Below are positions 32,481-42,357 of a stretch of DNA of 64,000 nt, one piece after another. A model generated the notes under the pieces. It made no database searches. It saw only the letters and a program-made list of their open reading frames with translations, and was not told the origin of the DNA. Positions within the stretch are counted from its first letter, which is position 1; every line of letters starts with the position of its first letter. This stretch comes from Candidatus Eiseniibacteriota bacterium (GTDB lineage: Bacteria; Eisenbacteria; RBG-16-71-46), in the NCBI GenBank assembly GCA_963717505.1, contig OY970342.1, positions 3,168,001-3,232,000 on the forward strand, given 5' to 3'. The position numbers were made by a program, and so were the translations under genes.

Positions 32481-33038
32481 TGCCCCGTCGCGATCGCCGC
32501 GATCGAGACCAGCAGCATCGCCCAGGGCACGGTGGTCGGCGACGCCATGGTCAAGACCGCCGAGGTCGACCTGGTGCAGGCGAGCCCGCTCTCGCCCGGC
32601 AAGTACTGGGTCCTGATCGGCGGCGAGGTCGCCTCCGTGCGTTCCGCTTATCAGCGCGGGCCTCGAGGTGGCGGCCGACACGCTGCTCGATTCGCTGTTC
32701 ATCCCGCAGCTCCACGCGATGGTGCTGCCGGCGCTGCGCGGCACCGCCGCCGCCGCGTCGACGACGACGCGCTCGGGCGTGCATCGAGACGCTGACCGCG
32801 GCCTCGGCGATCGTGGCCGCGGACCGCGCCGCCAAGACCGCCGACGTCACGCTCCGCGACCTACGACTCGCGAACGGCCTCGGCGGCAAGGGCGTGCGTC
32901 CTGCTGACCGGGACGGTAGCCGACGTCCAGGCCGCGGTCGACGCGGGGCGGGCCGAGGCCGTGCGCCGCGGACTGCTGATGCGCTCGGTGGTGATCCCGC
33001 GGCTCCACGCGCAGATGAAGGAACGCGTACTCGGATGA
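32477..33038 (+). CDS. Tandem-domain shell protein BMC-T (PduT-like; frameshifted)
   Basis: IETSSIAQG...DAMVKTAEV...[16 protein letters not shown], then [20 protein letters not shown]...RLANGLGGK...VVIPRLH. Confidence 0.88.
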
Positions 33039-33065
33039 GCCGCCGGCGCGGCGCTCGAAGAGGCG

Positions 33066-33355
33066 ATGCACTTCGCGCGCGTGATCGGCACGGTGGTCTG
33101 CACGGTGCAGGTGCCGGCGTTTCGCGGGCATCGCCTGCTGTTGCTCGAGCCCACCGATGTCGCCGGAGCGCGCGCCGGCCGCGCCCTGGTCGCCGTCGAT
33201 CTGGTGTCCGCCGCACCCGGGCAGCGCGTGTTCTACGTGCGCGGCCGCGAGGCCGCCAACGCCCTGCCCGACCCGGACAATCCGGCCGACGCGGCGATCG
33301 TCGGCATCGTCGATCGACGCTGCGCGGAGCCGCTGCCGGGAGGTCGCGCCGATGA
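33066..33355 (+). CDS. Second BMC-P vertex protein (EutN/CcmL)
   Basis: MHFARVIGTVVCT...LVAVDLVSAAPGQRV...GREAA...DAAIVGIVD; end inferred from the ATGA overlap. Confidence 0.85.
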
Positions 33356-33635
33356 TCCTGGCGCGCGTGGTCGGCGACGTGGTGGCGACCATCAAGCACG
33401 CGGATCTCGCGGCGCGCAAGCTGCTCTTGGTCCAGCCGGTCGACCCGGGCGGCGCCGCCATCGGTCGAGCCGCGATCGCGGTGGACGCGGTGCGACGCCG
33501 GCACCGGCGATCTGGTGCTGGTTGCGGACGAGGGCAACTGCGGCGGCTCAGGTGCTGCGGCAGCCACGCGGCGCGGTGCGCACGGTGATCGTCGGAGTCG
33601 TCGACGCGTGGGGCCCGGAGCCAACGCGATCGTGA
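33352..33635 (+). CDS. Third BMC-P vertex protein (EutN/CcmL; frameshifted)
   Basis: MILARVVGDVVATIKH...KLLLVQP...AVDAV.AG.GDLVLVADEG.AA...VIVGVVD. Confidence 0.85.
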
Positions 33636-33704
33636 CCGCCACCGTATCGGGTGCACATCGAATGCGCGATCGTGCTAAAGTGCCGCATCCGGGAGGGTTG
33701 TCGA

Positions 33705-33926
33705 TTGCCGATCTTCGAGTACCGCTGTGCGTCGTGCGGGGAGCGTTTCGAGTCACTGGTCCCGCGTCACGACGTTTCCGCGCCGCCGTGCCCCGCGTGC
33801 GGGGCCGAACGCGCGCAGCGACTTCTCTCGTCGTTCGCGGTCGTCGGGTCCGCCTCGAGTGCCCAGGCGGGTCCGTGTGGCTCGCACGACTGCGCATGCC
33901 GGCGAGGAACAGCTCCGGCCGATTGA
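33705..33926 (+). CDS. FmdB-family zinc-ribbon protein
   Basis: MPIFEYRCASCG...CPACG...RLLSSF; TTG start after GGAGG. Confidence 0.88.
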   Translation: MPIFEYRCASCGERFESLVPRHDVSAPPCPACGAERAQRLLSSFAVVGSASSAQAGPCGSHDCACRRGTAPAD

Positions 33927-33989
33927 GGCCATCGGGTCGCGGCGCACGAATGGGTTGCTGCCGCGAGCGTCCACGTCAGGGAGGGGATC

Positions 33990-34307
33990 ATGACGAAGGC
34001 GGACCTGGTCGAGTCGATCTCCGTTCACACGGGGGTCTCGAAGCACCACACCGCGGTCATCGTGGATCACCTGCTCGATGCTGTGTGTCGCGCGCTGACC
34101 GACGGTCAGCACCTCGAGATCCGCGGTTTCGGCACGTTCAAGGTGCGGGAGCGGCGGGCGCGCCGCGCCCGCAATCCGCGCAGCGGGCTGGAAGTGCTGG
34201 TGCCGGCCAAGCTGGTGCCGGTGTTCAAGCCCAGCAAGGAACTCAAGGCCCTGGTCCTCGACGGCGAGCCAGTGCCCGAGACCGAGGCCGTCGCCAGTCA
34301 GGTATGA
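33990..34307 (+). CDS. HU/IHF-family DNA-binding protein (IHF beta-like)
   Basis: MTKADLV, EIRGFGTF, ARNPRSG, PVFKPSKELK. Confidence 0.93.
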   Translation: MTKADLVESISVHTGVSKHHTAVIVDHLLDAVCRALTDGQHLEIRGFGTFKVRERRARRARNPRSGLEVLVPAKLVPVFKPSKELKALVLDGEPVPETEAVASQV

Positions 34308-34343
34308 CCCGCCGGCGGGCTCGGCCCCGCCCCAGGAGCCCGC

Positions 34344-34439
34344 ATGGGATCAGGAAAGAAGCGTAAGCGTAAGAAGATCGCCACCCACAAGCGCAAGAAG
34401 CGACTGCGGAAGAACCGCCATAAGAAGCGCGTCCGCTAG
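34344..34439 (+). CDS. Small basic ribosomal protein bS22-like (AURKAIP1/COX24 domain), 31 aa
   Basis: Translated by hand (absent from the ORF track): MGSGKKRKRKKIATHKRKKRLRKNRHKKRVR, with AGGAG RBS upstream. Confidence 0.85.
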   Translation: MGSGKKRKRKKIATHKRKKRLRKNRHKKRVR

Positions 34440-34469
34440 GCGCCCCCGCGACCCCGAGACGCCACGCCT

Positions 34470-36177
34470 GATCGGCCGCGCCCTGTGGCAGCGCGGGCGA
34501 TGGTGGTTCGATCCCGCGCGCCGCTGGCGCGGAGGTCGCCGGGAGCTCGCGGTTCGTCATCGTCCGGCGCTGGAGCACGGGGACTTCTGCATCGCGGAGG
34601 TCCCCGACGATGCGCCCGCGTTCCTGATCGAAGTGCTGGGCGCCGAGGACCGGCCCGAGTGGGACGATGCTTCGGTGATCTCCGCCGCACCGGCTGCGGG
34701 CGCGCTTCCGGGGACGACGTGGAGCGCGAGGCGGCCGCGCATCACGAGCCCGGGGCCGCAGAACGCCGGGGGCGCGAGGACCTGCGCGACCAGCTGGTCT
34801 TCACCATCGACCCCGAGGACGCGCGCGACCACGACGACGCCCTGTCGGTGGTGGCCCTCGGCCACCAACACTTCGAGGTCGGAATCCACATCGCCGACGT
34901 TTCACACTACGTGCGGCGACGGCTCGACGATCGACCGCGAGGCCCGTGCGCGCGGCACCAGCGTGTACCTGCCCGGCGGGGTGGTGCCGATGCTCCCCGA
35001 ACGGCTGTCCTCGGACCTTTGCTCGTTGCGTCCGGACCGCGATCGGCTGGCGCTTTCGCTGATCGCGGAACTCGACGCCGATGGCCGCCTGCGCAAGTAC
35101 CGCTTCGTCGAAAGCGTGATCCGGAGCCGGCACAAGCTGCACTACGCCGAGGTTCAGGAAGTGCTCGACGGATCGCGTCACGTCGACCGCTCCTTGCATC
35201 AGGCGCTCGAGGCGGTCCAGAAACTGGCGCGCGGCCTGCGCCGTCGGCGGCGCGCTGCGGGAGCGCTCGAGCTGGAGGTGCCCGAGGTCAAGGCCTGGGT
35301 GGACGCCAATGGCGTTCCGATCCGGATCGAGCGCCGCCGCCATCTCGAGAGCCACGAGCTGATCGAGGAGTTCATGCTGCTCGCCAACCGCTGCGTCGGG
35401 CACGAAGGCGCGAACGGCGCACCGGTGTCCTCTACCGGATCCACGAGCCACCGACCCCCGCCAAGCTCGAGGACCTGGATCGCGATGCTCCAGGTGCTCG
35501 GCCTGCCGCGGCTCGGACGCCTCGACGACCCGGCGCGTGCGCTGCAGTCCCTGCTGGCCGCACCGCTCGACCCACAACATCGACGCCTGCTCCACCGCAT
35601 GGTCTTGCGCACCTTACCTCGCGCCCGCTACGACGCCCGCGATCACGGACACTTCGGCCTGGCGAGCCGCGAGTACTGTCACTTCACCTCGCCGATCCGC
35701 CGTTACCCGGATCTGCACAATCACCGCCGGGTTCGGGAGTGGGTGCGCGGCAAGCGCGACGCGGCCTGGGACCCGGGCGATCTCGCCGAGGACGCCCAGC
35801 TGTGCAGCGCCGCCGAGGAGACGGCGGTCGATGCCGAGCGCGAGGCGGTCAAGGTCAAATCGCTGCGCCTGCTGGAAGGGAGACTCGGAGACCGGGCTTC
35901 GGGTATGATCACCGGCCTTGTCCCGCGCGGATGCTTCGTCGAGCTGGACGAGGAGCCGGTCGAGGGATTCGTCCGCGTCGGACACGAACTCGACGATCGT
36001 TTCGATCTCGATCCTGCCGGGGTTCGACTGATCGGACGGCACAGCCGGCGACGCTTTACGTTGGGAGACACGGTTCACGTCATCGTGGCGCGCGTGGACG
36101 TTCCGGCGCGCGAATGTGATTTCGCTTTGGACCAGGAAGAGCGCCGGCCCCGACGCCGGCACACCAGGAGGGGATGA
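34470..36177 (+). CDS. rnr: Ribonuclease R / RNB-family exoribonuclease (frameshifted; start approximate)
   Basis: [16 protein letters not shown] (catalytic Asp motif), [32 protein letters not shown]...[13 protein letters not shown]-terminal S1 domain. Confidence 0.88.
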
Positions 36178-36747
36178 TGCCGTCGAAACCCGCCCGCCGC
36201 CGCAGCGAGCGCCGCCGACTGCCACGCGCCGAGGCGCGACTCAGCATGCGCGTCGAAGGCGTCCACGAAGGTAGCAGCGCCCAAGTCGTCACCGAGAGCC
36301 AGAACATCTCTGCCAGCGGCGTCTATTGCACCTCGTCGCACTTCCTGGCGCCGCTTGTCGAAGGTGCAGCTGACCATCGTGCTCCCCCGTCTGCCCGGGC
36401 GGGCGGGGCAGGAACTGGTGAAGTGCGAGGGCATCGTCGTGCGCTGCGACGTGGTCGAGCGCCGTGGCCAATCCAGTTTCGAGCTGGCGTGCATGTTCTC
36501 CGATCTCGACGCGCCCCGTCGCGCCCTGATCGAGGAGTTCGTGACCTGGCGCAACCTCCAGTCGCTCCGTGCAGCGGCGCGCGCCGGCGATGGGCGGCGT
36601 CGCACCTCGCCGACCTCGCGCGTGGCGCGGGCGGCCTCGGCCGCTGGGCGTCGGGCGGCCAAGCCGGCCGCGAGCAGCCGCAGCACGGCGGCACGGCGCG
36701 CGACGGTCACGCCGAGTCGGCGCCGCGCCGGTTCCGGCCGGGGCTGA
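36174..36747 (+). CDS. PilZ-domain (c-di-GMP receptor) protein with basic C-terminal tail (frameshift near 36360)
   Basis: ERRRLPR (RxxxR) and NISASG ([D/N]xSxxG), continuing in another frame as KVQLTIVLP...EGIVVRC...LACMF. Confidence 0.8.
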
Positions 36748-36761
36748 TCCCGCCGATCCAG

Positions 36762-38084
36762 GTGTTGCGACTGACCAGCCGGGCGGCGCCGGGGTTCGGG
36801 GGCCGCTTCCAGCCTCCGGGTGACAAATCGATCACGCATCGGGCGTATCTGATCGGACTGCTGCACCAGGCGCCGATCACGATCGAGCACGCGAATCCCG
36901 GCGCCGACTGTCTGGCGTCGCTGGCGTGCGTCCGAGCGCTGGGAGCGCGAGCCGAACCCGGCGCGGTGCACGGCGTCGGTCCTCGACTCGAAGATCCGCG
37001 GCGCACGCTCGACTGCGGCAATTCCGGAACCACGTTGCGCTTGTTGGCCGGGATCGCCGCCGGGCAGCCGTTCGCCTCGACGCTCGCCGGCGACGCCTCA
37101 CTCAATCGTCGTCCGGTCGGCCGGATCGTCGAACCCCTGCGAGCCATGGGCGCCGACATTCATGCCGCGGCCGGCGACCGGCAGCCACCACTCACGGTGC
37201 GCGGTGGCGCGCTACGCGGTATCGAGCACCGCGCCCCGGTGGCCAGCGCCCAGGTGCTCTCGTGCGTGGTGCTCGCCGGGCTGTTCGCCCGAGGTACGAC
37301 AGCGGTCGAACTCCCCGGTCCGGCGCGCGATCACACCGAGCGGATGCTGGGATCACTCGGCGTCCCGCTCGATATCGAGCCCCGCGCGGGTGGCGGCCGC
37401 CGCGTCGCGGTGACCGGACCGCACGAGCTTGCCGCCCGTCCCAGGCACTGGCGCATTCCGGGGGACTTCTCCGCCGCGGCATTCTTCCTGGCGGCGGCCG
37501 CCGGTTGTCCGGGAGCCCGGGTGACGGCGGTCGAGGTCGGGCTCAACCCCACGCGCACGGGACTGCTCGACGTGCTCGAACGCATGGGCGCTCGAATCAC
37601 GAGGAGCCCGGTGCGAGAGGAGCACGGTGAACCGATCGGGGACGTCACGGTCGAGGGCACGGACGACCTGCGCGCGGTCGAAGTCGCCGCGGAAGACCTG
37701 CCGCGCTGGATCGACGAGGTGCCGGCGTGGATCGTGGCCGCGGCCGTGGCCCGCGGCACGTCACGGATCTCGGGTGCCAGCGAGTTGCGGGTCAAGGAGA
37801 GCGACCGGATCTCGGCGCTCGCCTCGGGACTCGCGTCGGTCGGCATTTCCGTGCGTGAGAGCCCCGACGGTCTCGAAATCGTTGGCGGGCGGCCGCAGGG
37901 CGGGAGGGTCGACGCACGCGGCGACCATCGGGTCGCGATGGCGTTCGCCGTGCTCGGGCTCCATGCGCGCTCTCCGATTCGGGTCGACGACGTGGCCGCG
38001 ATCGAGACCTCGTTCCCGGGATTCGCCGGCACGTTCGCCGAGCTGGGGGGAAACCTGACCCTGGCGGAGGATGACGCGGCGTGA
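36762..38084 (+). CDS. aroA: 3-phosphoshikimate 1-carboxyvinyltransferase (EPSP synthase)
   Basis: PGDKSITHRA, LDCGNSGTTLRL, ASAQV, RDHTERML, ELRVKESDRI, DHRVAMAF. Confidence 0.95.
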   Translation: MLRLTSRAAPGFGGRFQPPGDKSITHRAYLIGLLHQAPITIEHANPGADCLASLACVRALGARAEPGAVHGVGPRLEDPRRTLDCGNSGTTLRLLAGIAAGQPFASTLAGDASLNRRPVGRIVEPLRAMGADIHAAAGDRQPPLTVRGGALRGIEHRAPVASAQVLSCVVLAGLFARGTTAVELPGPARDHTERMLGSLGVPLDIEPRAGGGRRVAVTGPHELAARPRHWRIPGDFSAAAFFLAAAAGCPGARVTAVEVGLNPTRTGLLDVLERMGARITRSPVREEHGEPIGDVTVEGTDDLRAVEVAAEDLPRWIDEVPAWIVAAAVARGTSRISGASELRVKESDRISALASGLASVGISVRESPDGLEIVGGRPQGGRVDARGDHRVAMAFAVLGLHARSPIRVDDVAAIETSFPGFAGTFAELGGNLTLAEDDAA

Positions 38085-38761
38085 GCTTCGTCCTGACCAT
38101 CGACGGCCCGGCGGCCGCCGGCAAGAGCACGACCGCGCGAGCGGTCGCCGCACGGTTGGGATTCCTCTACGTGGACACCGGCGCCCTCTACCGAGCGCTG
38201 GCGCTCAAGGTCCTGGAGCAGGGCGTTTCTCCAGCCGAGGGGCCGGAACTCGCGCGCATGCTCGCCGAGACCCGACTCGAGCTCCAGGGCTCGCCCGACC
38301 ATCCTTCGGTCTGGCTCGACGGCGTCGACGTCAGTACGCGGATTCGAACTCCCGAAGTCAGCGAGATGTCGTCGCGGGTCGCAGCGCTGCCGCTCGTGCG
38401 CCAATGGCTGATCTCGATTCAACGGCAACTGCGCGACCGCGGCCCGCTGGTCGCCGAAGGCCGCGACCTGGGCACCGTGGTGTTCCCGGATGCCGATGTC
38501 AAGATCTACCTCGATGCGGATTCGGGGTCTCGAGCCGAACGCCGATACCACGAACTCAGGGCGCGCGGTCTGGCCGTGACTCAGGAACAGGTGGGAGAGG
38601 ATCTCGATCGGCGGGACGCGCGGGACCGGACCCGCGCCCTGAGCCCGCTGGCCAAGGCCCCGGAGGCCGTGGTGCTCGACACGACCGGGCTGACGCTCGA
38701 GGCCCAGATCGAGGCGGTGGTTCGCGCCGCACTGGAACACCCCCGCTTTGTCGGCCGATAG
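38081..38761 (+). CDS. cmk: Cytidylate kinase
   Basis: IDGPAAAGKST, DTGALYRA, EGRDLGTVVFP. Confidence 0.96.
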   Translation: MSFVLTIDGPAAAGKSTTARAVAARLGFLYVDTGALYRALALKVLEQGVSPAEGPELARMLAETRLELQGSPDHPSVWLDGVDVSTRIRTPEVSEMSSRVAALPLVRQWLISIQRQLRDRGPLVAEGRDLGTVVFPDADVKIYLDADSGSRAERRYHELRARGLAVTQEQVGEDLDRRDARDRTRALSPLAKAPEAVVLDTTGLTLEAQIEAVVRAALEHPRFVGR

Positions 38762-38868
38762 TATGAGGCGTGCACGGGATCGGGTGGGGCCGATCCGCCG
38801 GGACTGGGCGAAGCCCCGAGGGGCCTCGGCCGGGCCCGCGGGACGGGCCGGCGCGGCTAGGAGAATCG

Positions 38869-39522
38869 GTGCGGACGTACTATAGTGCCGTCCGGAATTT
38901 TGCCAACGTCGCACTCGGAGCTCTCACGGGCTGGCGGGTGACGGGTGTCGAACACGTACCGCGCGATGGCGGCGTGATCGTCGCCTCGAACCACATCTCG
39001 TTCTGGGATCCGCCGCTGCTCGGCGCGCTGTTGCCGCGGGAAATGCACTTCCTCGCCAAGGAAGAGTTGTTCCGCGGTCCGCTCGGGTCGCTGGTGCGCA
39101 GCCTGAACTCGATCCCGATCCGTCGAGGCACCGCCGACCTGACTGGTCTTTCGCGGGCGATCGACGCGCTCAAGGCCGGCGGTGGCTTGATTCTGTTCCC
39201 GGAAGGGAGCCGAATGCGCGACGGTCGCTTGCACCCGGCGCGGCCGGGAGTCGGGCTGATCGCGGTCAGCGCCGACGCGGTGATCGTGCCCTGCTACATC
39301 TCGGGCAGCAATCGGCCGTCGAAATGGTGGACCCGCAAGGAACGGGTGAGGGTCACGCTCGGCCGAGCCCAGCACTGGCGGGAGTTCGTGGACGTCGTAG
39401 AAGAAACGCCGGGGCGGGCGCTCTACCAGAGCGTCGGCGACGGTGTGATGCGCGCGATCGCAGCGCTCAAACGCGATCAAGAGGAGGAAGCAGCACCCGG
39501 GGCGGCCGCCGGCCGATCCTGA
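38869..39522 (+). CDS. plsC: 1-acyl-sn-glycerol-3-phosphate acyltransferase
   Basis: NHISFWDP (HX4D), FLAKEELF, FPEGSR; conserved cmk-plsC-rpsA order. Confidence 0.88.
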   Translation: MRTYYSAVRNFANVALGALTGWRVTGVEHVPRDGGVIVASNHISFWDPPLLGALLPREMHFLAKEELFRGPLGSLVRSLNSIPIRRGTADLTGLSRAIDALKAGGGLILFPEGSRMRDGRLHPARPGVGLIAVSADAVIVPCYISGSNRPSKWWTRKERVRVTLGRAQHWREFVDVVEETPGRALYQSVGDGVMRAIAALKRDQEEEAAPGAAAGRS

Positions 39523-39551
39523 GTCCCGTATCTCTGGAGGCAACACCGATC

Positions 39552-41358
39552 ATGCTGGACACGACCGAACGCACCCTCAACCCCGTCGTGGAGACTCCGC
39601 GCCGGGCACCCGCCCCCCCTGCCATCCTCAATCTCGAAGAGGACGATGACGAGGCCGCTCAAGCGGCCCGCGCCGAGATGTTCGGCCAGTACGAGGAATC
39701 CCTCCGATCCATCGGCGAAGGCGAGATCGTGCGCGGCACGGTGCTCGCGGTCGACGACAAGGAGGTCCTCGTCGACGTCGGCTTCAAGAGCGAAGGCGTC
39801 ATCTCGCTCTCGGAGTTCCCGGACCCGGCCAGCATCAAGGTCGGCGACTCCAGATCGACGTCTTCCTCGAGAAGATGGAGAACCAGGACGGCCTGGTCGT
39901 CCTCTCCAAGCAGCGCGCCGACTTCGTGCGCGTCTGGGATCGCGTCAAGGACGCGCACGACAGCGGGCAGGTGGTCGAGGGCAAGTTGGTCCGCAAGATC
40001 AAGGGCGGCGTGGTCGTGGATCTCTACGGAGTCGAGGCGTTCCTGCCCGGCTCCCAGATCGCGCTGCGCCAGGTCCAGAACGTGGACGCCCTGCTCGGCC
40101 AGAACGTTTCGGTCAAGATCATCAAGCTGAACAAGCGCCGCCGCAACATCGTGGTCTCGCGCCGCGCCGTCCTCGAAGAGGAGCGCGACCGGATGAAGTC
40201 CACGATCCTCAAGGATCTGGCGAAGGACCAGATCCGCGAAGGCCAGGTCAAGAACATCACCGACTTCGGCGCGTTCGTGGACCTCGGCGGCATCGACGGC
40301 CTGCTGCACATCACCGACATGTCGTGGGGCCGCGATCGCGCATCCCTCGGAGATGGTCAAGATCGGCGACCGCGTCCGGGTCAAGGTGCTCAACTTCGAT
40401 CCCGAGAAGGAGCGCATCTCGCTCGGCTTGAAGCAGCTCGAGCCCTACCCGTGGGACGGCGTCGAGGACAAGTACAAGGTCGGCGATCGCGTCACGCGGA
40501 CGCGTGGTGTCGATCACCGACTACGGCGCATTCGTCGAGCTGGAGAAGGGCGTCGAGGGCCTGGTGCACGTGTCCGAGATGTCGTGGACGCGTCACGTTC
40601 GCCATCCGTCCAAGGTGGTCAACATCGGCGACGTCATCGAGGCGGTGGTGCTCAAGGTCGACGCGGCCAACGAGAAGATCTCGCTCGGGTTGAAGCAGAT
40701 CGAGCCCGATCCGTGGCTGACGCTCGACGAGAAGTACCCGACCGGCATGCGCGTCCAGGGCAAGGTGCGCAATCTGACCAACTTCGGCGCGTTCGTCGAG
40801 CTCGAAGAGGGGATCGACGGGCTGGTGCACGTCTCCGACATGTCGTGGACCAAGCGGGTCGCGCATCCGAGCGAAGTGCTCAAGAAGAACGACTCGGTCG
40901 AGGTCGTGATCCTGTCGATCGACAAGGAGCACCGGCGCATCAGCCTGGGGCTCAAGCAGGTCAGCGAGGATCCGTGGCCGCGCCTGGCCGACCGCTTCCC
41001 GTCGGGCATGGTGCTTTCCGGCGCGGTGAATCGCCTGTTCGATCGCGGCGCGATCGTGGACGTCGGCGACGGCATCGAGGGTTTCATTCCGCTCTCGCAG
41101 CTCGGGATCGACGACCTCAAGCGCCCGACCGACGCCTTCGAGGTCGGCGAGGAGCAGACCATGAAGGTGACGCGCGTGGACATTCCGAACCACCGGCTGG
41201 TGTTGAGCGTCAAGGCCTGGCTTTCCGACCAGGACGACATCGCGCTCGCCGAGTGGACCTCCAAGCGCAATCAGGTTCGGGCCAAGATCGCGGCCAATCC
41301 GCCGGCGGACGATGCGGCGAAAGCCAAGACCAAGGAGAACGTGCCCGAAGACGAGTAA
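39552..41358 (+). CDS. rpsA: 30S ribosomal protein S1 (frameshifts near 39850, 40335 and 40497)
   Basis: Six S1 repeats: DVGFKSEG, AFLPGSQI, FGAFVDLGGIDGLLH, GVEGLVHVSEMSW, GIDGLVHVSDMSW, GIEGFIPLSQL. Confidence 0.95.
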
Positions 41359-41386
41359 TCGGCACGGCTTCGAAATGCAGATCGTC

Positions 41387-41424
41387 GCGCGCCGGAGCTT
41401 TGTGGTCCGGCGCGCCGGCGTTTT
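41387..41424 (+). terminator. Probable intrinsic terminator after rpsA
   Basis: GCGCGCCGGA (41387-96) / TCCGGCGCGC (41406-15) 10-bp stem, with TTTT at 41421-24. Confidence 0.6.
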
Positions 41425-41469
41425 GGGCGGGCTTGCGCCACCGCCCGTACTGGGCACTATCCTGACGCC

Positions 41470-42357
41470 ATGAATCCTCACGCCGTGAATCCTCAGGGAT
41501 CGATTCGCTTGCTGGTCGCGGTGGCGGCCGCGCTGGCGTTGTGGCCGGCGCACGGAGCCGCCGGGCCGTCCCTGGATTCGCTGCTCGCCCGGCACGTGGC
41601 CGACAGCCTGCTCGTGCCCCTCCGCCACTACGAGAACCAGGCACGCGTGCCCCGGGAGGGAGCCGAGGCCGCCTTGCTGCTCGGACATCTGCACTACGCG
41701 CGCGCCGAGTACCGGCCGGCGGCCGATGCCTTCGCGCGCGCCGGCGCACGACTCGATCCGGCGCGCAAGAACGAGGCGCGCTATTGGGCCGGCCTGTGCT
41801 GGCTGGCGCTCGGCGACGAACGCAGGGCGCGCGCTGCGCTCGAAGAGGTCGCGGAGTCGGCGTCGCCACGCCGGCTCGATGCTCGACTGGCGCTGGCGAT
41901 CACCTGGGAGGAAGGACGCCGGCCGGATCGCGCCCTGGATCTGCTCGAGCCGCTGGTCCACGAGGGCCGTGGCGAGGCGATGCCGGCAGTGCTCGAGCAC
42001 GTGAATGGCCTCGCGGTCCGGCTGCACCAGACCGGCCTCGCCGACCGCGCCCGCACCCGCCTGCTCGAGGAGTATCCGCGCAGCATCGAGGCCGCGCGCG
42101 TCGGCCTGGTCACGCCCGGAGCCTCGGGCGCCGCGGTCGAGCTGGGTCCGTTTCCAAGCGAGCCGCGGGCGCACGCCGTCGCCGACCTGGCTCGCGCGCT
42201 GGGCTTCACCGCCGCCCGACCCGAGACCCGCGGCTCGGGGCGCGGCCGCGCCTACGTGGTTCGGCTCGGCGAGTTCGACTCCGACCCCGCGGCTCGAGCG
42301 GCCGCCGACCGCGCACGCCGCGAGCTGGACGTGCCGGCCCGGGTGATCGAGCGATGA
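41470..42357 (+). CDS. Exported TPR + SPOR domain protein
   Basis: Signal peptide; TPR-like helices (ALLLGHLHYARAEY, ARYWAGLC, LLEEYPRSIEA); C-terminal VELGPF...YVVRLGEF SPOR-like domain. Confidence 0.75.
   Translation: MNPHAVNPQGSIRLLVAVAAALALWPAHGAAGPSLDSLLARHVADSLLVPLRHYENQARVPREGAEAALLLGHLHYARAEYRPAADAFARAGARLDPARKNEARYWAGLCWLALGDERRARAALEEVAESASPRRLDARLALAITWEEGRRPDRALDLLEPLVHEGRGEAMPAVLEHVNGLAVRLHQTGLADRARTRLLEEYPRSIEAARVGLVTPGASGAAVELGPFPSEPRAHAVADLARALGFTAARPETRGSGRGRAYVVRLGEFDSDPAARAAADRARRELDVPARVIER

Noticed and set aside
36174-38084. Apparent PilZ-AroA fusion (636 aa)
   Set aside because: An indel near 36360 shifts PilZ into the aroA frame; PilZ has its own continuation and stop at 36747.
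41465-41494. 15-bp tandem duplication ACGCC(A/G)TGAATCCTC at the TPR/SPOR gene start
   Set aside because: Real, but it only provides two in-frame alternative starts; two copies are not an array.
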